Below, piece by piece: positions 58,284-64,000 of a DNA stretch of 64,000 nucleotides (position 1 is the first letter of the stretch; every line of letters begins with the position of its first letter). Position numbers and translations under genes: made by a program. The notes below the pieces were generated by a model. The model was not told where the DNA came from. It saw nothing but the letters and a program-made list of their open reading frames with translations, and searched no databases. The DNA comes from Candidatus Poribacteria bacterium. Its GTDB lineage: Bacteria; Poribacteria; WGA-4E; PCPOR2b. Where the stretch lies: assembly GCA_965198175.1 (NCBI GenBank), contig OZ240245.1:1184001-1248000 (forward strand), in the 5' to 3' direction.

Positions 58284-59246
58284 ATGCGTTATCTGGTCAC
58301 GGGCGGCAGTGGTTTTATTGGCGCCTACGTCGTCCATGAATTACTCAAGCGTAGACATGAGCCTTTTATCTACGACTCACACGTGAGCGGAAATGCGCTG
58401 TCTCTTCTGCTTGATGCACGGACGTTGTCAGAGAGTCAAATTATATCCGGCTCGATACGCGATTTTCACCATCTTCTCAGCGTCATAAAAGAAAACGAAA
58501 TTCAGAAGATTATTCACATCGCCTCGCCTCTCAGCCCAGTGACCGAACCGTTCCCATCCGTAGCCGTTCAAGATATCTGCTTGAGCATGATGAACGTTCT
58601 TGAAGCGGCGCGGTTGTGTGAGATTGAACGCGTCGTTTGGGCTAGTTCAGTGGCAGTTTTTGGACCTGTTGGCTGCTATGCGGGTGCCGTTTCAGATGCA
58701 TCAGCTCACCATCCGCGGAGCCTTTACGGCGCCTCTAAGTCATACGCAGAATTTCTAGCCCGCCACTACTTTGAGAATTTTCAGGTGGATTCTGTAGGCT
58801 TACGTTATATGTTTGTCTATGGTGCGGGAAGACAGCGCGGAAGCGGCATGTTCTGGAGCGATCTTATTGAATCGTCGCTAAAGGGGCGTCCGTGTGAAGC
58901 GCCCTGCGGTGATGAGATTTTTACTTGGCAGTACGTCGAAGATGTTGCGGAATTAACGGTGATTGCCGCTGAATCCGGCGCGTTTGAAGGTCAATCTGTG
59001 AACACTCCCGGCGACTACCGATCCATGCAGTACATGGCAGACTGCATAAAAGACCTTATCCCCTCTGCTCAAATTCACCTGAAGCCGGGGCGCACGGATA
59101 TCAATTGGAACTGTAAGTCCGATACAGTGGAGACGGTGTTAGGATTCAGATCTCAATATAGCGTCAAGGCAGGGGTCGCGCGATCTATCGAGCTAATGCA
59201 ACTTCAGAACGCAGAAGGTGTTTTGCACAGCGCGTTTCGGGTATAA
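58284..59246 (+). CDS. NAD-dependent epimerase/dehydratase (extended SDR)
   Basis: LVTGGSGFIG, WASSVAVFG, YGASK. Confidence 0.9.
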   Translation: MRYLVTGGSGFIGAYVVHELLKRRHEPFIYDSHVSGNALSLLLDARTLSESQIISGSIRDFHHLLSVIKENEIQKIIHIASPLSPVTEPFPSVAVQDICLSMMNVLEAARLCEIERVVWASSVAVFGPVGCYAGAVSDASAHHPRSLYGASKSYAEFLARHYFENFQVDSVGLRYMFVYGAGRQRGSGMFWSDLIESSLKGRPCEAPCGDEIFTWQYVEDVAELTVIAAESGAFEGQSVNTPGDYRSMQYMADCIKDLIPSAQIHLKPGRTDINWNCKSDTVETVLGFRSQYSVKAGVARSIELMQLQNAEGVLHSAFRV

Positions 59247-59272
59247 CGAAGCTGACTTTGGAGTATCACACG

Positions 59273-60106
59273 ATGAAAATGTCACTCTCTGCACGGATTG
59301 CAGAATCGTTCTATGACAAAAAGATAGCCGCCGTGCCATTTGAGGATTTAGCCGAACTAGCGAAGGATAACGGCTATGGTGCAATTTGCATGCGGGCGTC
59401 CGTTGCCGGAATACAGTCGTCAAATGAACGCATCACCTCGGTGCGGCAAACACTTGACCGATTGGGTCTCAAGGTCTCAATGGTTACCGGGGACTTCGCT
59501 ATCCCCGAGAATTTTGAGCGCGGTCCGGATGCGCTTCGGAATATCACCCCCTATCTCGATCTCGCTGAAGCATTCGCGTGTGACCTGCTGCGGATTTGCA
59601 TGAAGAGTGAAGAAGACATCTCTTGGGCACAGCGAGCGTCTGATGAAGCCGCTGAACGCGGTATGCGCCTCGCCCATCAATGCCACGTTGCGAGCCTGTT
59701 CGAGACGATTGAAGGTTCGTTAGATGTGCTGCGCCGTGTGAACCGCTCAAATTTTGGGATTATTTATGAACCGGCGAACCTTAAAATGTGCGGTGAGGTA
59801 TACGGTTTAGAGGCGCTCAACGCTTTTAGACCTTATCTTTTCAACGTCTACCTCCAGAATTACCTAGACAATCCCGAAGGTAAAGAGCACATCGAAACAT
59901 GGGTGCGCGGCATGTTTCGTTTCGACCACATTCCCCTTCACGACCCGCGCGGGGTGGATTGGCGTGAGGTCTTCGACGCGTTGGAGACAGTCGGTTATGA
60001 CGGATACGTCACCGTTCACCAAGCTCTCGCTGAAATCATGGCGCCATCGGAAGCGGCTCGCGTAAGTGCGGACTTCCTGCGTTCACTGTGGGAAGCTGAC
60101 CTGTAA
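59273..60106 (+). CDS. Sugar phosphate isomerase/epimerase (xylose isomerase-like TIM barrel)
   Basis: AKDNGYGAI, NFGIIYEPANL, VDWREVFDALETVGYDGYVTV. Confidence 0.78.
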   Translation: MKMSLSARIAESFYDKKIAAVPFEDLAELAKDNGYGAICMRASVAGIQSSNERITSVRQTLDRLGLKVSMVTGDFAIPENFERGPDALRNITPYLDLAEAFACDLLRICMKSEEDISWAQRASDEAAERGMRLAHQCHVASLFETIEGSLDVLRRVNRSNFGIIYEPANLKMCGEVYGLEALNAFRPYLFNVYLQNYLDNPEGKEHIETWVRGMFRFDHIPLHDPRGVDWREVFDALETVGYDGYVTVHQALAEIMAPSEAARVSADFLRSLWEADL

Positions 60107-60190
60107 ATCCTATCGACCGATACACCCGCATTGCATATTACCCTTTACAACGGACACATTTACGCGACAACCTTTAGAGGAGGTGTCCAA

Positions 60191-60985
60191 ATGAAGACAA
60201 TGATTGTGACTTTGGTGACGGCTATTATTGGAATCTCTTTCGCTGTCGAAGAAAGTAGAGCAATTAACAAGGATGTTGTCCTCGCCTATGACTTTGAGAA
60301 AATACAGGGCAATACCGTTAAAGACGTGTCCGAAAATGGGAATGATGGTGAACTGATGGGCGACCCCCAACAGGTGGAGGGTGTGATGGGACAAGCATTG
60401 GCGTTTGACGGGCTGGATGATTACATTAACGTTGGTGATGATAAGTTCTTGTTTAATGAAATGTCCATCATGTTTTGGACCAACAGCATCGGCGTCCAGC
60501 CTAATAATTGGCCGACCTATTTTACCATAAGAGAAGCCGATGGAAGTGCGGCAGGCATCTATTGGGATAAAGGGAGTTCCGAAGTGCGGATATTTGCCCT
60601 GAAACCGGGTGTCATTGGCGAGGAGAATTTACGCGATAATGACCCTCAAGTCGTGGCAGATGATGAATGGCACCACATCGCCGGCATCTTTAGTGCGAAT
60701 TCAGGAATGAAAATCTACATTGATGGGGAGTTAAAGGCGAGTGATGACCTGTTTTTGGGGAGTCCCGCTGATTTGAAAGACACAAACACTTATATCGCAC
60801 GGGGTAGAACGCACAATGCCGGAGAATATGTGAACGGGTACATTGATGAATTTGTGATTGTCAAAAAAGTCTTGACGGAGGTAGCGATACTTAGCCACCG
60901 CGACGGCGGCGTGGAGGGAGCATTAGCACTCAGGCCTTCAGGAAAACTTGCCACCATTTGGGGTAGGATAAAAGAACGTCCGTAG
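60191..60985 (+). CDS. Secreted LamG-like protein
   Basis: SD GGAGGT before ATG 60191; DVSENGNDG, WHHIAGIF; tail LRPSGKLATIWGRIK. Confidence 0.88.
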   Translation: MKTMIVTLVTAIIGISFAVEESRAINKDVVLAYDFEKIQGNTVKDVSENGNDGELMGDPQQVEGVMGQALAFDGLDDYINVGDDKFLFNEMSIMFWTNSIGVQPNNWPTYFTIREADGSAAGIYWDKGSSEVRIFALKPGVIGEENLRDNDPQVVADDEWHHIAGIFSANSGMKIYIDGELKASDDLFLGSPADLKDTNTYIARGRTHNAGEYVNGYIDEFVIVKKVLTEVAILSHRDGGVEGALALRPSGKLATIWGRIKERP

Positions 60986-61081
60986 TCACAAGCAAGGTTG
61001 TCTCCGAATCGGGGACCGGTGCGAGGATTCATAGCTTGGCTCGGACTTTTTCGGTAAGTAATCGTTCAGGTATAAGACAGG

Positions 61082-61176
61082 CTGGTGGAGTAGCTTAAGA
61101 CGTATCGAGACGAAGCGAATCTGGCGGAAGCGCTCACTTAATTTCTTGGTTTCGATATGCTTCGCTATTCAATCAG
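61082..61176. repeat. Imperfect inverted repeat (REP-like element)
   Basis: ctggtggagtagcttaagacgtatcgagac (61082-61111) vs reverse complement of gtttcgatatgcttcgctattcaatcag (61149-61176). Confidence 0.5.
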
Positions 61177-61275
61177 GGTTTGCGTTTATCCACCCTGAAC
61201 GGTCACCTTTTCAATTGCCGGTTGAAGACACGGTTAGTGATGGCTGAAAAATTCGTATGAGATGCCGGAGGATGT

Positions 61276-62067
61276 GTGATGCCACTCGCAATGATAAGAT
61301 TCACCTTTATATATGCGAGTTTAATTGCACTAGGACTGCTGCTCACCGGACGAAGCAATGCCGCATTTGGCCCGAAGAATGCTCGCGGAATATGGTTCTT
61401 TGATGAGGGTCGAGGTAATATTAAAACCAAGGATGCTTCTAGCAACGGTAACGATGGAGAATACATGGGCGGCGAGAAATGGGTGCCCGGCAAGTTTGGT
61501 CAGGCATTGCGGTTTGACGGGGAGGATGACCGCCTCAATGTCGGGTCTGATGCGAGCTTAAATCCAACTGACGCCCTAACAATTGTGGCTTGGATATACA
61601 TAGAAAGATACACCGCCCAAGGTGGGTCAGAACGCACTATTTTTCAGAGATCCAATGTTTACCGTCTTGTAATACTTTCCGCTGCAGGTATGGAAGGTGC
61701 GGTACGCTTTGGCCTGGGTGAGGGAAAAGTCATTGATACAATTGATGGGGTCCCGCTTAAGGAATGGCATCATGTCGCCGTAGCGTATGACGGAGACATT
61801 GGAATGATTTATGTTGATGGAAAAATTGCAGCAGAAAAGGAACTCCGAGAAAAAATCAGGCTGAGTGTCAATGCAGCTACAACTATAGCCTCCGGTCCCA
61901 ACGGTTTGTTCAAGGGAATCGTCGACGAAGTAGCGCTATTTGACCTCGCTTTGAGTGAAGGTGACGTAAACCGTATCATCAACCGTGGACTTCAACCGGC
62001 AATATTCGCGGTATTCCCTTTGGACAAACTCACGACAATCTGGGGAGAGATTAAGGTAAGCAGGTGA
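61276..62067 (+). CDS. Secreted LamG-like protein
   Basis: WFFDEG.G, KWVPGKFGQALRFDG, EWHHVAVAYDG, tail AVFPLDKLTTIWGEIK. Confidence 0.88.
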   Translation: MMPLAMIRFTFIYASLIALGLLLTGRSNAAFGPKNARGIWFFDEGRGNIKTKDASSNGNDGEYMGGEKWVPGKFGQALRFDGEDDRLNVGSDASLNPTDALTIVAWIYIERYTAQGGSERTIFQRSNVYRLVILSAAGMEGAVRFGLGEGKVIDTIDGVPLKEWHHVAVAYDGDIGMIYVDGKIAAEKELREKIRLSVNAATTIASGPNGLFKGIVDEVALFDLALSEGDVNRIINRGLQPAIFAVFPLDKLTTIWGEIKVSR

Positions 62068-62137
62068 AAGAAAGGCAAGGGGAGAGAGCGTACTTGGTTA
62101 ATGAGCCCTCCCGAAACATTCAAAGGAGTCTTGACAG

Positions 62138-63088
62138 ATGATTAAAATTGCAGCGCTGACGGCTGCCAAGTACGATTGGAGCCACGGTGTCAATTTCAGC
62201 CAGATTATCAACGGTTGCACCCCGGAGCGTGCAAAAGCGGCAGGTATAAAGTTTATTGCGCCTGCCGCTGGACCACTGTGCGAGGATGCCCAAGTGGTTG
62301 CGCTCTGGACTCCTGACCCCGATCGAACGCGGGTTGTTGCGCAAGCGCTTAAAATTCCGGATGTTCTTGATCAGCCGGACGAGGCTGTGGGACAGGTGGA
62401 TGCGGTTATCTCAAGCGACGATGGGTGTGAAGAGTGGGCGGATCGGAACGCGTCTTGGGCGGAACCCTATATTGCGGCTGGCACTCCGGTCTTTCTAGAC
62501 AAGCCACTCAGCCACTCCGCGAAGCAGTCGGATGAAATTGTCTGCCTTGCGCGGGATAAGAACACGCCAATGCTTTGCTGCTCAGGAATTCGGTATACGC
62601 AGGCTGTATTAGACCACAAGGCTGGCTTAGCTGACTTGGGCGACATTATTGCCGCGGACGGCGCCGGCCCGCTGGGTTGGCTTTTCTTCTACGGCGTACA
62701 TGTTATTGATCCGTTGACATCACTGATTGGCACCGGCGCCCAATGGGTGGAGCATTTAGGTGGAGAGACGCAGCACGTCGTTGTCGTTGGCTACGAAGGC
62801 GAGAAAACGGTGTGTTTCCGCTCGTTAAAAATGGCTTACGGGTTTCACTTCAGTCTGTTCGGCACCGGCGGGGTAGCTCGATTCTCTATTCTGCCCGATG
62901 AACCCGACTTCGCGGAAGAACATTTCCACGTCCGCACGGTGAAAGCGGCTATTGAGATGTTTCGCACAGGCAACATGCCTGTGTCTTACGATGAACAGTT
63001 GGAAGTTGCCAAGATTCTCACCTATGCGAAGGCATCTCTTCTGAGTGGCGGGAAGAGATACCTCCTCAGCGCCCCACCACCCAACTAG
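62138..63088 (+). CDS. Gfo/Idh/MocA family oxidoreductase (divergent)
   Basis: VDAVI, AGTPVFLDKPLS, SGIRY, FYGVH. Confidence 0.75.
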   Translation: MIKIAALTAAKYDWSHGVNFSQIINGCTPERAKAAGIKFIAPAAGPLCEDAQVVALWTPDPDRTRVVAQALKIPDVLDQPDEAVGQVDAVISSDDGCEEWADRNASWAEPYIAAGTPVFLDKPLSHSAKQSDEIVCLARDKNTPMLCCSGIRYTQAVLDHKAGLADLGDIIAADGAGPLGWLFFYGVHVIDPLTSLIGTGAQWVEHLGGETQHVVVVGYEGEKTVCFRSLKMAYGFHFSLFGTGGVARFSILPDEPDFAEEHFHVRTVKAAIEMFRTGNMPVSYDEQLEVAKILTYAKASLLSGGKRYLLSAPPPN

Positions 63089-63490
63089 AAGCTTGTAGTT
63101 CAATGCCTCTTGGCGCGGCACATACCTCGTGGCTTGGTATACCACGAAACGAAGCGAAAGTTCGTTGACGGTTGTCGGTATGCTCTCCTCCTCTGTCCTC
63201 CGAAGTTTTTCTGTGTTGTAGAAATCAATTGACACAATTTCCGATTAGTGATAATCTTTCGCTGTTAGACATTCTTATGCCGATTTCGTGCAATGCGAGT
63301 GGAGCTTTCACTTTCATTGATAATGAAGAACCCCGGACTTTACTTTGCATAGAAGTTTCTCAAAGGTTCCTTGAGGGAATCTAACACGTTTGTTCGGTTT
63401 TTAATACTCTCACATTGAAACACTCAAGCGACGTAACCCAATATCCGTTATCTGGGGCATTGCGGATTGCGGGACTAAGGAGGAACAACA

Positions 63491-64000
63491 GTGAGAAAAG
63501 CATACAATCGATTTGTGTTGGGAAGCGTGTGTTTGCTCATAATCGCAGTGACTTTCGCCGCCATAGGCGGCGCTGAGATTGACACAGCACATGTGGTTGG
63601 CGCTTGGCTGCTGGACGAGAACGAAGGCGACGTGGCTAAGGACGTGTCCGGCAACGGCAATGACGGCAAGCTCCTGAACGGCGCCAAGTGGGACAAAGGC
63701 AAGTTTGGGTCGGCGCTCTTGTTCGACGGCGTGGACGATACTGTGCAAATACCGAGTAGTGCCGGAGACAAGCTGAATCCAGACACGCAGATTACGATTG
63801 CAGCCTGGATACAGCGCCACGATGTCGAGGAGTCTCCGGGCTACATGATTGTGGGACGAATGGACACGGTACAGTCGAGGACCTACTACCTCGCGTTCTG
63901 GATGAACAAGTTCCAGATGGAGGTCGCGCACGATGGGACGGTGGGTAACCGGACGGTGATAGAGTCGATTGAGGAGATAGTCGACAAGGAGTGGCATCAT
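63491..64000 (+). CDS. Secreted LamG-like protein, 3'-truncated by window edge (absent from ORF track)
   Basis: SD AAGGAGG then GTG; MRKAYNRFVLGSVCLLIIAVTFAAIGGAEID..VGAWLLDENEGDVAKDVSGNGNDG...KWDKGKFGSALLFDG...KEWHH. Confidence 0.88.
   Translation, partial: MRKAYNRFVLGSVCLLIIAVTFAAIGGAEIDTAHVVGAWLLDENEGDVAKDVSGNGNDGKLLNGAKWDKGKFGSALLFDGVDDTVQIPSSAGDKLNPDTQITIAAWIQRHDVEESPGYMIVGRMDTVQSRTYYLAFWMNKFQMEVAHDGTVGNRTVIESIEEIVDKEWHH

Noticed and set aside
63410..64000. 196-aa minus-strand ORF in the track
   Set aside because: Antisense shadow of the real + strand LamG gene starting at 63491.
1..64000. tRNA (including selC), rRNA, CRISPR array, integrase or transposase
   Set aside because: None recognised by eye; tRNAscan-SE, Infernal and ISEScan would be needed to exclude them formally.

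Overview
Bacterial genomic window of roughly 50% GC. Its gene repertoire points to Candidatus Poribacteria or a similar sponge-associated lineage (inference): LamG proteins with a KLTTTWxxIK tail, ECF sigma/beta-propeller fusions, PhyH dioxygenases, and ankyrin, TPR and PQQ-repeat proteins. No rRNA, tRNA, CRISPR array, integrase or transposase was seen. Layout: (1) 1-10 kb: HdrB-like gene, oxidoreductases, TPR protein, inositol monophosphatase and two PQQ-repeat propeller genes; (2) a MoxR/DUF58/DUF4350/DUF4129 membrane cluster (14-23 kb) whose usual RDD/SpoIIM partners lie about 28.6 kb away; (3) between them, a long co-oriented run of unrelated small accessory genes; (4) three membrane-anchored ECF sigma factors with different C-terminal propellers; (5) a triplicated small membrane-protein family and five LamG genes interleaved with sugar-metabolism enzymes. 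The top finding is that ORFs 43081-43872 and 43900-45063 read as one 660-aa gene. The joining in-frame UGA lies in the motif DEAC-U-GSGKGLR, the same context as the selenocysteine of animal selenoprotein N (DQSC-U-GSGRTLR), and a bacterial-type SECIS-like hairpin follows it. This bacterial SelN homologue has two extra tandem C-terminal domains and sits between two ~660-bp direct repeats carrying a DUF123 nuclease gene.
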